In this document: in pieces, positions 18,409 through 26,082 of the stretch
Position numbering within the stretch: the first letter of the stretch is position 1
How the letters are laid out: the number at the start of each line of letters is the position of its first letter
DNA from: Clostridia bacterium
Lineage (GTDB): Bacteria; Bacillota; Clostridia; UMGS1883
Length of the DNA: 39,752 nt
Assembly (NCBI GenBank): GCA_051866635.1
Contig: JBJDXJ010000030.1
Location: 1-39,752, forward strand
Direction of reading: 5' to 3'
The notes under the pieces: generated by a model
What the model was told of the DNA's origin: nothing
The model's input: the letters and a program-made list of their open reading frames with translations, nothing else
Databases searched by the model: none
Translations under genes and position numbers: made by a program

Positions 18409-20661
18409 TTATTCAATCACAATATCAATATTTTTAGTAATTCCTTTATAGCTTACGGTTAGAACTGCACTACCTTCAACTTTTGCTGTTATTATACCGT
18501 TTTCACCTATTTCTATCAAGTCGCTGTCAGAATTTACAGTAAAGCCGAATGCCTTATTGTAACTTCCGTCCGGATATGTTTCCAAAATTTCAACAGGGAG
18601 CTTTTCATTAACCTTCATCTTTTTGAACCGTTCTTCACGAATAATGGTTATATCCGTTACTGTCTTTTCAGCATCTTCGCCCTTTTGAATATCAAAGGTC
18701 ACCTTGTAGTCGCCATTTTCGGGGATAAAAACAGCCGTGCTTCCTTCATAGCGCTGAGTACTTCCGCCATGCTCCACTATCACCGCCTTGGTAACGTAAC
18801 CTATCTTACATTCAGCAGTAATTGTAACGGGGATATTTGTGTATTGTTTTGTAGTAAAACTATGTGCATTATCGCCATAAAAGTCTTTACGAATAACAGC
18901 ACCTGAAATATCAACGCTTGCCTTTTCTGATTCAATTTCAAAGGTGAATGTGGCACCGTCACTGATTTCACTATTGTAGTATTTTTTATAAAATTCCATC
19001 AAGGTTCTTTCAAAGTAACTGTTTCGTCCTGTAGCAAAGCCTATAAACTTATTTCTTGTGCTGTTTTTCCACCCTTCAAGACGTGTAGCTCCACTTCCGC
19101 TTTGGTTATTCCAACGAAGAAGGTCAAAGCCCTTTACACTTTCTCTTTCTGAAATTAAGTCTTCTGTAATTTTTGTCATATTTTCGACAGAAACGGCAGT
19201 TGACAAATAAGATGATGCACGCTGTGCAAATCTGTTCCTGAAATCCTCATTTTTGAAAAGACCGTCTATGGTTTTTGCGGCAAACTCAGGGTGTCTGGGT
19301 TCTGTTTCGGGTAAATTGCTTTTTATTGCATATTCAAAGGTGTTATTATTCACCCCGTCAAAGGCAAGGTCAAAGTCGTGTACCATAAAACGCCACTTAC
19401 CGTCTGCACCGTAAGCATCGCCAGTTGACCTTTCCATAGTTGTACGCCAGAATTTATAGTTGTTGCCGGGCCAGTCAATATTATCACAGTAAAGGCAAAT
19501 GAATAAATAATCTATATAGCTGTCAATATCCAGATATGCGGATAATTCTTTGTATACATCATCATTTTCCGCATTTGCCATAAGGTACTGTACATAATTA
19601 AACTGGTCGCGGTAATATGCTTCATCATCTTTTGGACCTTCCTCGTACAAAATACGGTCAACACCCACCTGACCGTTATCTGACAAAATAAATTTCTCAT
19701 TTTCTGTTGTCCAGTCACGGTCCAAGAAAACAACATCATCCTTGCCTATATTTTCATAATGGAAATCAAGATAGCGGTTGTCATACTGTTCACGACATTC
19801 ATAAATGCCCCAGAACTCCCCGTTTAAAAAGAGTGCCACAGGTGTTGAATTAGCACTTTCTGGACGCATAAATTCTGTTATTTTCTGTGCCACAGGGTCT
19901 TTAAGGTCAGTATCGGTCCAGTCGGAAATTCTGAAGGTTACCTTACCATACTTTTTAACGCTTGAGCTATCGTAAAAGTTTTTATCGGTGCCTTCTATCA
20001 TATTGTATTCCAGATTTTTTCTTCCCTCTGTATCGCCTTTTGTAAAGTAAAGGCGTATACTCTTTTTAGGGTTGCTTCTTGAACCGTGTCCGCTCACCTT
20101 AAATTCAAGGCTTCTTTCAAAGCCTTCTGCATTATTGTCAAAGTATTCAACATAACCTGTTATGTTATGCTCATATTCATAATTTGTATATATGCCTTCT
20201 CTGCTATCCCACAAATCATATGGTGATGCGCTAAGTGCCACAACAGGCACATTTTTGCCAATTTCAGCGATTTTCTCGGAAACAAAATATGTATTCGTCA
20301 CAACAGGAGAACTATTCCCGAATTTGTCTATACTTACAGCACGTATTACAACGCCTTTTTCCATTCTTTCCTGACTTACTCTGCCCTGAATTGTCCTTGG
20401 TGACAGCTTTACAGGGTCAATCACAATCTCTTTTGTATAAAGATTTGATTTTTCAGTTGGAATACTTCCGTCTGTGGTGTAATATACATTGTTTCCCCCT
20501 GCATCTATAGTAAGGGTGAAGCCTTCCGTGTATATACCACCCTCATGGGAAAACACAGGTGACTGTAAATCTTGGGCAAAAACAACGCCTACAATACCTG
20601 TCATGAAAATACAGATTGCTAAAATTAAACCGGTTACCTTTTTTGTATTACATTTTTTCAC
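18409..20661 (-). CDS. Secreted CotH-kinase-family protein with N-terminal Fn3-associated/chitobiase-type domain and C-terminal Ig-like domain
   Basis: Signal peptide, PVFSHEGGIY...YYTTDGSIPT, G.GSR..PKKS, LFLNGEFWGIY..RE, N.DWPGNN, DGKWRF..HDFDLAF. Confidence 0.85.
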   Translation of the reverse strand: MKKCNTKKVTGLILAICIFMTGIVGVVFAQDLQSPVFSHEGGIYTEGFTLTIDAGGNNVYYTTDGSIPTEKSNLYTKEIVIDPVKLSPRTIQGRVSQERMEKGVVIRAVSIDKFGNSSPVVTNTYFVSEKIAEIGKNVPVVALSASPYDLWDSREGIYTNYEYEHNITGYVEYFDNNAEGFERSLEFKVSGHGSRSNPKKSIRLYFTKGDTEGRKNLEYNMIEGTDKNFYDSSSVKKYGKVTFRISDWTDTDLKDPVAQKITEFMRPESANSTPVALFLNGEFWGIYECREQYDNRYLDFHYENIGKDDVVFLDRDWTTENEKFILSDNGQVGVDRILYEEGPKDDEAYYRDQFNYVQYLMANAENDDVYKELSAYLDIDSYIDYLFICLYCDNIDWPGNNYKFWRTTMERSTGDAYGADGKWRFMVHDFDLAFDGVNNNTFEYAIKSNLPETEPRHPEFAAKTIDGLFKNEDFRNRFAQRASSYLSTAVSVENMTKITEDLISERESVKGFDLLRWNNQSGSGATRLEGWKNSTRNKFIGFATGRNSYFERTLMEFYKKYYNSEISDGATFTFEIESEKASVDISGAVIRKDFYGDNAHSFTTKQYTNIPVTITAECKIGYVTKAVIVEHGGSTQRYEGSTAVFIPENGDYKVTFDIQKGEDAEKTVTDITIIREERFKKMKVNEKLPVEILETYPDGSYNKAFGFTVNSDSDLIEIGENGIITAKVEGSAVLTVSYKGITKNIDIVIE

Positions 20662-20691
20662 ATTAATCCCTCATTTTACTTATATATGATT

Positions 20692-20720
20692 ATTATATAA
20701 TAGATGGCGAGATTTTTCAA
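20692..20720 (-). promoter_or_regulatory. Sigma-A-type promoter of the CotH-like/peptidase/beta-helix operon
   Basis: Minus strand TTGAAA-17 bp-TATAAT. Confidence 0.6.
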
Positions 20721-20732
20721 CAGAAAAAATGT

Positions 20733-20763
20733 AAAAAACGACTTGCACAAGCAAGCCGTTTTT
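20733..20763 (-). terminator. Intrinsic terminator
   Basis: Minus strand AAAAACGGCTTGC-ttgt-GCAAGTCGTTTTTT (one G-U pair) with U-tract. Confidence 0.6.
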
Positions 20764-20786
20764 CTTGGAAAAGGCGAACAATTTAG

Positions 20787-20853
20787 ATGTCCGATTTATT
20801 CATTGGATTTTGCACTAAATTTATCTCATTTAGTGAAATATCAATTTTGTTGA
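20787..20853 (+). pseudogene. Possible N-terminal relic of a four-helix-bundle (IVS protein/Avd-like) gene
   Basis: ATG TCC GAT TTA, then a frameshift into SLDFALNLSHLVKY (20800-20841). This resembles the S(M/L)DFAVxIxNLVKY start I recall for clostridial four-helix-bundle proteins. Very short match. Confidence 0.25.
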
Positions 20854-20979
20854 TGTGAAATAGAAAGCTTTCGCTATCTGTGAAATGAAATACGCCAACA
20901 TTTGCGAAGCAAATATTTCACAGCGAAGCTATTTCACAATGCGTTAGCATTATTTCACACGACACAAGGCGTATTTCGT
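20833..20979. repeat. GTGAAAT/ATTTCAC heptamer array interleaved with mini-hairpins
   Basis: GTGAAAT at 20833, 20855 and 20880; ATTTCAC at 20915, 20931 and 20952; hairpin spacers; 10-bp IR 20887-20896 / 20968-20977. Confidence 0.8.
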
Positions 20980-20980
20980 T

Positions 20981-21021
20981 GAAAAAATGGTAGGTTTTCT
21001 ATCAAAACCTACCATTTTTTC
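20981..21021 (-). terminator. Terminator immediately after tRNA-Leu
   Basis: Perfect 18-bp IR GAAAAAATGGTAGGTTTT / AAAACCTACCATTTTTTC with a 5-nt loop, abutting the CCA end. Confidence 0.8.
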
Positions 21022-21108
21022 TGGTGCGGATAACAGGAGTCGAACCTGCATGAAATTGCTCTCACATGGACCTGAACCATGCGCGTCTGCCAATTCCGCC
21101 ATATCCGC
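21022..21108 (-). tRNA. tRNA-Leu, anticodon CAG
   Basis: 87 nt: GCGGATA acceptor stem, GGAATTGGCAGAC D-arm, CATGG-TT-CAG-GT-CCATG anticodon arm, long variable arm, GGTTCGACTCC T-arm, encoded CCA. Confidence 0.97.
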
Positions 21109-21112
21109 AGAT

Positions 21113-21172
21113 GACTTTGAAATTTCTACTCGGCTCAAAGTCTGCCGAGGAGGAGCATATCGCTTAATCCTC
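21113..21172 (-). ncRNA. Structured tRNA 5' leader: hairpin plus H-type pseudoknot (candidate)
   Basis: Transcript GAGGA...UCCUC-CUCGGC-A-GACUUUGA-GCCGAG-UAGAAAUU-UCAAAGUC-AUCU-tRNA. Confidence 0.5.
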
Positions 21173-21181
21173 ACTTTTTTG

Positions 21182-21210
21182 ATTATATCATGTCCATAAT
21201 GATATTGCAA
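21182..21210 (-). promoter_or_regulatory. Sigma-A promoter of tRNA-Leu
   Basis: Minus strand TTGCAA-17 bp-TATAAT with TG extended -10. Confidence 0.75.
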
Positions 21211-21237
21211 GATTTTTTTATTCTTTTCTTATCTTTT

Positions 21238-22587
21238 TTAGCGAACCAGAACCTTTTTCCTTATCACAAAATATGCAATTATAATTCCCACAGCTGTTAT
21301 AGCCCAGCTTACAGGATAGATAGACATAAGGGTCTCAAAGGTTTTAAATTTTGCAAAGACGGTATAAATCCATATAAGACGTACACCGCATACACCGGCA
21401 ATTGTAATTAACGCAGGAACCATGGAATGACCTACTCCACGCATACTTCCGCTTAATATATCACTTGCTGAGTTTATCATAATAAAGGGCAATATGTACA
21501 TCATACGCACAATGGCAATCTGTGCAACAACTCTCTCGTCCGTAAAGATATAAACAAGCATTTCCCTTGAGAGCATAATCACTGTTATAAGTATACTTCC
21601 CAACAAAATACCCAAGCCAAGGCACCATTTTGTAACCGAGCGACAACGCTTAAAATTACCTGCACCGTAGTTCTGACCTATAAATGTAACAGTAGCCTGT
21701 GAAAATCCACTCATAAGGTGATAAACGTAGAATTCAAAGTTAAGTGCCGCTGAACTGCCTGCCATGTAATTTGAACCTAAAGAATTTAAAGAGGACTGCA
21801 CAAATATATTGGACACAGAGAACACGGCTCCCTGTAACCCCGATGGAATCCCTATCTGTGCAAATTCTTTAAGAATTCTCTTGTCTACTTTAAGCTTTTT
21901 AATACAGATTTTTAAATCTCCTTTTTCGTGCATCAGGAAATAAAGCACCAACAGTGCACTTATAATGTTTGAAATTACAGTTGCAAGGGCAACACCTGCT
22001 ACGCTCATTTTAAGAGCAATAACAAATACCAGATTTAGAATAATATTTACAACACCTGACACCGCTAGACAAATAAGGGGTCGCTTTGTATCTCCACGGC
22101 TTCTTAGGATTGCCGCCGAAAAATTATAAAGCATAATAAAGGGCATGCCTAAAAAATAAATTTTCAAGTAAAGAGATGCAAGGTCGATTACATCTTCGGG
22201 AGAATTCATTAATTTAAGCATGGGGCGTGACAAAGAGAGACCTAATATCATAACTATAACACCGCTTATGACAGACACCACCACTGCCGTATGGGCGGCT
22301 TTTTCAACTTTTTCATGATTGCCTTCGCCAATGTAGCGTGCAATAACAACATTTGCACCTACTGAAATACCGATAAACAAGTTAAGTAGCAAATTTATTA
22401 TGGGTCCGTTACTGCCCACTGCCGCCAACGCTTCTTTTCCGGCAAACTTTCCCACAATGGCAACATCAGCTGTATTAAAAAGCTGTTGAAGCATATTGCC
22501 TGCCGCTATGGGAATGGCAAATATAAGTATGGCTTTCCAAAGAGAGCCTGTAAGTATTCCTTTATCTTTTTTCTTCTCAACTGTCAC
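21238..22587 (-). CDS. MATE-family efflux transporter
   Basis: ILTGSLWKAILIFAIP...LQQLFNTAD..IVGKF.G..ALAAVG, RSRGDTKRPL, GQNYGAG. Start moved to GTG 22587 (449 aa), overlapping the end of queH. Confidence 0.92.
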   Translation of the reverse strand: MTVEKKKDKGILTGSLWKAILIFAIPIAAGNMLQQLFNTADVAIVGKFAGKEALAAVGSNGPIINLLLNLFIGISVGANVVIARYIGEGNHEKVEKAAHTAVVVSVISGVIVMILGLSLSRPMLKLMNSPEDVIDLASLYLKIYFLGMPFIMLYNFSAAILRSRGDTKRPLICLAVSGVVNIILNLVFVIALKMSVAGVALATVISNIISALLVLYFLMHEKGDLKICIKKLKVDKRILKEFAQIGIPSGLQGAVFSVSNIFVQSSLNSLGSNYMAGSSAALNFEFYVYHLMSGFSQATVTFIGQNYGAGNFKRCRSVTKWCLGLGILLGSILITVIMLSREMLVYIFTDERVVAQIAIVRMMYILPFIMINSASDILSGSMRGVGHSMVPALITIAGVCGVRLIWIYTVFAKFKTFETLMSIYPVSWAITAVGIIIAYFVIRKKVLVR

Positions 22588-23209
22588 AATTATCACGTCC
22601 TTCTTGTTTTTGCTTTGAAAATTCACATCCGCAGAAGGACTGACGGTACAGATTATATTCTGCTGATAATTCACACGAGCGTTTGTAACCGTTTTTCTTT
22701 TTAAAGTCTGAAAAGAGATAACTGACAGAGTATTTTTCAGACAGTTCATTTCCTATTTCATTAAGCCACATTGCATTTTTATGGGGGCTTATGGAAAGGG
22801 TTGTAGTAAACATATCAAACCCATTTTTTTGTGCATATTGGGCAGTTTTTTCAAGGCGGAGCTTATAGCAATCGTAGCACCTTGCTCCCCCTTCTTTTAA
22901 ATTCTCTTTTCCGTAAATCCGGTTTAAAAACTCGTAATGGTCATAATTTTCTACTATAACCGTCACGCCGTTTTCCATGGGAAATTCAGCCGAAAACCTT
23001 TTAAGCTCCCCTGCCCTGTGGTCAAACTCTTCTTTTGAGGAAATATTGGGGTTATAGAAATAAGCGGTTATTTCAAAATATTTATTTAAGTATTCAAAAA
23101 CATAGCTTGAACATGGAGCACAGCAGGAATGAAGCAAAAGCTTTGGTCGTACCCCATTCTTTAAATTGTTTTCTATAACTTTATCTGTAATTTTTTGATA
23201 ATTCTCCAT
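22577..23209 (-). CDS. queH: Epoxyqueuosine reductase QueH
   Basis: LLLHSCCAPCS, FYNPNI, EGGARC..C, TTTLSISPHKN, LYRQ.FCGC.FS. Confidence 0.95.
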   Translation of the reverse strand: MENYQKITDKVIENNLKNGVRPKLLLHSCCAPCSSYVFEYLNKYFEITAYFYNPNISSKEEFDHRAGELKRFSAEFPMENGVTVIVENYDHYEFLNRIYGKENLKEGGARCYDCYKLRLEKTAQYAQKNGFDMFTTTLSISPHKNAMWLNEIGNELSEKYSVSYLFSDFKKKNGYKRSCELSAEYNLYRQSFCGCEFSKQKQEGRDNCDS

Positions 23210-23262
23210 TTTTCTTCACCCATATGAGATTATACCACTAATTTATTTAATTTCAATAAGAA

Positions 23263-23306
23263 AGACTGTGACAAAACAAATTTTTTAATTGTTTTGTTCA
23301 CAGTCT
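23263..23306 (-). terminator. Terminator of the feo operon
   Basis: AGACTGTGA.CAAAACAA...TTGTTTTGTTCACAGTCT inverted repeat directly after the Cys-rich feo gene. Confidence 0.6.
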
Positions 23307-23313
23307 ATGTTAA

Positions 23314-23478
23314 TCACTTTTGATTTTTACTGCCCGAATGGCAAATGTCGCTCATTGCACAGCCTGAGCATCCGCAGCCGCAAGAAGATTTACCCTCTTT
23401 TTTATTTTTAATCTGCTTGTATATAATCATTGTCAAAAGGGCGATTAAAATAATCGAAATAATAATTGTTGCTAACAT
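23314..23478 (-). CDS. FeoB-associated Cys-rich membrane protein (54 aa)
   Basis: Not in the ORF track. AAGGAG RBS; MLATIIISIILIALLTMIIYKQIKNKKEGKSSCGCGCSGCAMSDICHSGSKNQK; directly after feoB. Confidence 0.9.
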   Translation of the reverse strand: MLATIIISIILIALLTMIIYKQIKNKKEGKSSCGCGCSGCAMSDICHSGSKNQK

Positions 23479-23489
23479 TTTGCACTCCT

Positions 23490-25637
23490 TTATGAATTTT
23501 TCCGCACAGGACGTACCATAAGATATATTCCTAAGATAACAATAGCAATGGCTACCGCTGTACCTATTGAAACGCTACCGCCTAAGAAGACCAATCCAAA
23601 CTGGTAAATACAAAGAGAAATCATATATGCAAAAACTGTCTGATAGCATATTGCAAACAAAGTCCACTTAGTGTTATTCATTTCACGTCTTATTGCACCT
23701 ATAGCCGCAAAACAGGGAGCACAAAGAAGGTTAAACGCCAGGAAGGAATACATTGCAACAGCGCTGTATTCGCTTGCAAGCATACCCCAAATTTCTGTGC
23801 CGCCTTCGCTTACTTCTGCAGCTCCGAAAATTACGCCAAAGGTTGCAACGACATTTTCTTTTGCTATAAGTCCTGTCAAAGCCGCAACGGCAGCCTTCCA
23901 GTCACCCCAACCTAATGGTGTAAATATCCATGCAAAAAGATTGCCTAGATATGCAAGAATTGAATTGTTAATATTTTCAACCATTGTAAATGCACCGTTT
24001 TCAAAACCAAAGCACTGGAAAAACCAAAGCACTACAGTTGAAAGAAGAATAACAGTACCTGCTTTTTTAACAAAAGACCAGCCTCTCTCCCACATACTAC
24101 GGAGAATATTTGAAACTGTAGGCATATGGTACTCGGGAAGTTCCATTACAAAAGGTGCCGCATCCCCTGCAAAAAGCTTTGATTTTTTAAGGATTATACC
24201 TGAAATAACAATTGCCGCAATGCCCAAAAAGTACGCAGAAGGTGCTACCCACGGTGCTCCGTTAAACATTGCACCGGCAATAAGTGCAATTATTGGAAGT
24301 TTTGCACTGCAAGGAATAAAGGTTGTTGTTATAACAGTCATTTTTCTGTCACGGTCATTTTCAATTGTTCTTGATGCCATAATACCGGGAACGCCACATC
24401 CTGTACCTATGAGCATAGGTATAAAGCTTTTGCCTGAAAGACCGAACTTGCGGAAAATTCTGTCCATAATAAAGGCAATACGTGCCATATATCCGCAACC
24501 TTCCAGAAATGCCAGGAAAATAAACAGAACAAACATCTGGGGCACAAAACCTAAAACTGCACCTACACCGCTTACAATACCATCTAAAATAAGACTTTCA
24601 AGCCACGGTGCAACATTTAAAGAAGTTAAGAGATTTCCCACAAGTGTGGGGATGCCGGGTATGTACAACCCAAAAAGGCTCCAGCCTTCACCAAATACAC
24701 CGTCATTTGCCCAATCTGTTGCCCATGTTCCCACAGTTGTAACTGATACATAGTAAACGATAAACATAACAAGTGCAAATATGGGAAGTGCTAAAATACG
24801 GTTTGTAACAATGCGGTCAATCTTATCTGAAAGCTTAAGTCTTCCAAGGTTTCTTTTTTTACCACACTTTATCATAACCTTATCTATGTATTCGTACCTC
24901 TCGTTTGTAATTATGCTTTCGGCATCATCGTCAAATTTCTTTTCTGTATAAAGGATATCCTTTTCTATATGGTCTATTGTTTCAGAACTAAGATTAAGCT
25001 TTTTTATTACCCTTTCGTCACGTTCAAAAATCTTTATAGCATACCACCGTTGTTGTTCTTCGGGAAGATTATGGACCGCCGCTTCTTCAATATGCGCTAT
25101 TGCATGTTCCACTTCACCCGAAAAAAGATGTGTAGGCACTCTTGGGCCTGACAAAGCGGCATCAATAGCCTTTTGTGCAGCCTCTTCAATTCCTTCGCTC
25201 TTAAGGGCTGAAATTTCAACAACATCACAACCCATGTGGTAGCTTAATTCAGTTATATTTATTTCTTCACCACGCTTACGGACAACATCCATCATATTAA
25301 TAGCAATCACAACAGGTATGCCAAGCTCTATTAGCTGTGTTGTCAGATAAAGGTTTCTTTCAATATTTGTGCCGTCCACTATATTTAAAATAGCATCGGG
25401 ACGTTCATTTATAAGATAGTTTCTTGATACTACCTCCTCCAAGGTGTATGGTGAAAGAGAATATATACCCGGAAGGTCTGTAACAATAACATCACTGTTA
25501 CTTTTCATCTTGCCTTCCTTCTTTTCTACCGTAACACCCGGCCAGTTGCCAACAAACTGATTTGAACCTGTAAGTGCATTAAAGAGCGTTGTCTTACCTG
25601 AATTGGGGTTGCCGGCAAGAGCAATTTTAACAGACAT
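23490..25637 (-). CDS. feoB: Ferrous iron transporter FeoB
   Basis: GNPNSGKTT, VGNWPGVTVE, DLPGIYSL, NMMD; gate domains with GCGVP, PCSAKLP and ELP.Y motifs. Confidence 0.97.
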   Translation of the reverse strand: MSVKIALAGNPNSGKTTLFNALTGSNQFVGNWPGVTVEKKEGKMKSNSDVIVTDLPGIYSLSPYTLEEVVSRNYLINERPDAILNIVDGTNIERNLYLTTQLIELGIPVVIAINMMDVVRKRGEEINITELSYHMGCDVVEISALKSEGIEEAAQKAIDAALSGPRVPTHLFSGEVEHAIAHIEEAAVHNLPEEQQRWYAIKIFERDERVIKKLNLSSETIDHIEKDILYTEKKFDDDAESIITNERYEYIDKVMIKCGKKRNLGRLKLSDKIDRIVTNRILALPIFALVMFIVYYVSVTTVGTWATDWANDGVFGEGWSLFGLYIPGIPTLVGNLLTSLNVAPWLESLILDGIVSGVGAVLGFVPQMFVLFIFLAFLEGCGYMARIAFIMDRIFRKFGLSGKSFIPMLIGTGCGVPGIMASRTIENDRDRKMTVITTTFIPCSAKLPIIALIAGAMFNGAPWVAPSAYFLGIAAIVISGIILKKSKLFAGDAAPFVMELPEYHMPTVSNILRSMWERGWSFVKKAGTVILLSTVVLWFFQCFGFENGAFTMVENINNSILAYLGNLFAWIFTPLGWGDWKAAVAALTGLIAKENVVATFGVIFGAAEVSEGGTEIWGMLASEYSAVAMYSFLAFNLLCAPCFAAIGAIRREMNNTKWTLFAICYQTVFAYMISLCIYQFGLVFLGGSVSIGTAVAIAIVILGIYLMVRPVRKNS

Positions 25638-25654
25638 ATTTTTAGCCTCCTTAT

Positions 25655-25670
25655 GTTAGTTTAAACTAAC
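25655..25670. promoter_or_regulatory. Metal-repressor-type operator between feoA and feoB
   Basis: Perfect 16-bp palindrome GTTAGTTTAAACTAAC. Confidence 0.65.
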
Positions 25671-25685
25671 TCTTCTCAAAAAAAA

Positions 25686-25907
25686 TTATTCAACAAGTAT
25701 CATTTCCGCATCAGCTTTCCTAAGGGAAAGCTCATATCCGCGAAGATTAACTTCAATAGGGTCACCGAATGGTGCCACCTTCCTGACATAAATTTCAGTT
25801 CCCTTTGTGATGCCCATATCCATAATTCTGCGTTTTATTGCACCTTCGCCTTCAAGTTTAATCACTTTCACGCTCTGTCCTATTTTAACATCTTTAAGTG
25901 TACGCAT
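25686..25907 (-). CDS. feoA: Ferrous iron transport protein FeoA
   Basis: KRRIMDMGITKG...APFGDPIEV..RGYELSLRK.DA. Confidence 0.96.
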   Translation of the reverse strand: MRTLKDVKIGQSVKVIKLEGEGAIKRRIMDMGITKGTEIYVRKVAPFGDPIEVNLRGYELSLRKADAEMILVE

Positions 25908-25937
25908 TTTAACCTTCCTTTCCGTACAATAGTTTTA

Positions 25938-25990
25938 GTTAGTTTCCACTAACCATGAGTTAGTTTAGCATAACCTTCCTTTTTTGTCAA
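25938..25990 (-). promoter_or_regulatory. feo promoter with two overlapping operator boxes
   Basis: TTGACA-17 bp-TAAACT with TG; GTTAGTTTCCACTAAC (25938-25953) and GTTAGTTTAGCATAAC (25959-25974, covering the -10). Confidence 0.7.
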
Positions 25991-26028
25991 CATATTTTTT
26001 TCAATTTTTTAAAAAATAATTTCCGCTA

Positions 26029-26072
26029 AAAAGGCGGAACCATTCCGTATTAAGGAATAATCTCCGCCTTTT
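26029..26072 (-). terminator. Intrinsic terminator
   Basis: AAAAGGCGGA..ATTCC...GGAAT...TCCGCCTTTT hairpin just after the 124-aa gene. Confidence 0.65.
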
Positions 26073-26082
26073 GTAAAACAGT

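Noticed and set aside
20833-20979. CRISPR interpretation of the repeat array
   Set aside because: Repeats are 7 bp, spacers are short and self-complementary, orientation flips, and there are no cas genes.
14180-21022. Integrated island at tRNA-Leu
   Set aside because: No integrase, and I saw no duplicated tRNA 3' end (att site) in the window.
20950-21210. 86-aa and 70-aa ORFs
   Set aside because: They overlap the tRNA-Leu, its promoter/leader and its terminator.
22588-22749. N-terminal extension of the MATE ORF
   Set aside because: Overlaps queH in another frame; GTG 22587 gives a normal-length MATE.
23671-24753. 360-aa plus-strand ORF
   Set aside because: Antisense shadow of feoB; no recognisable motifs.
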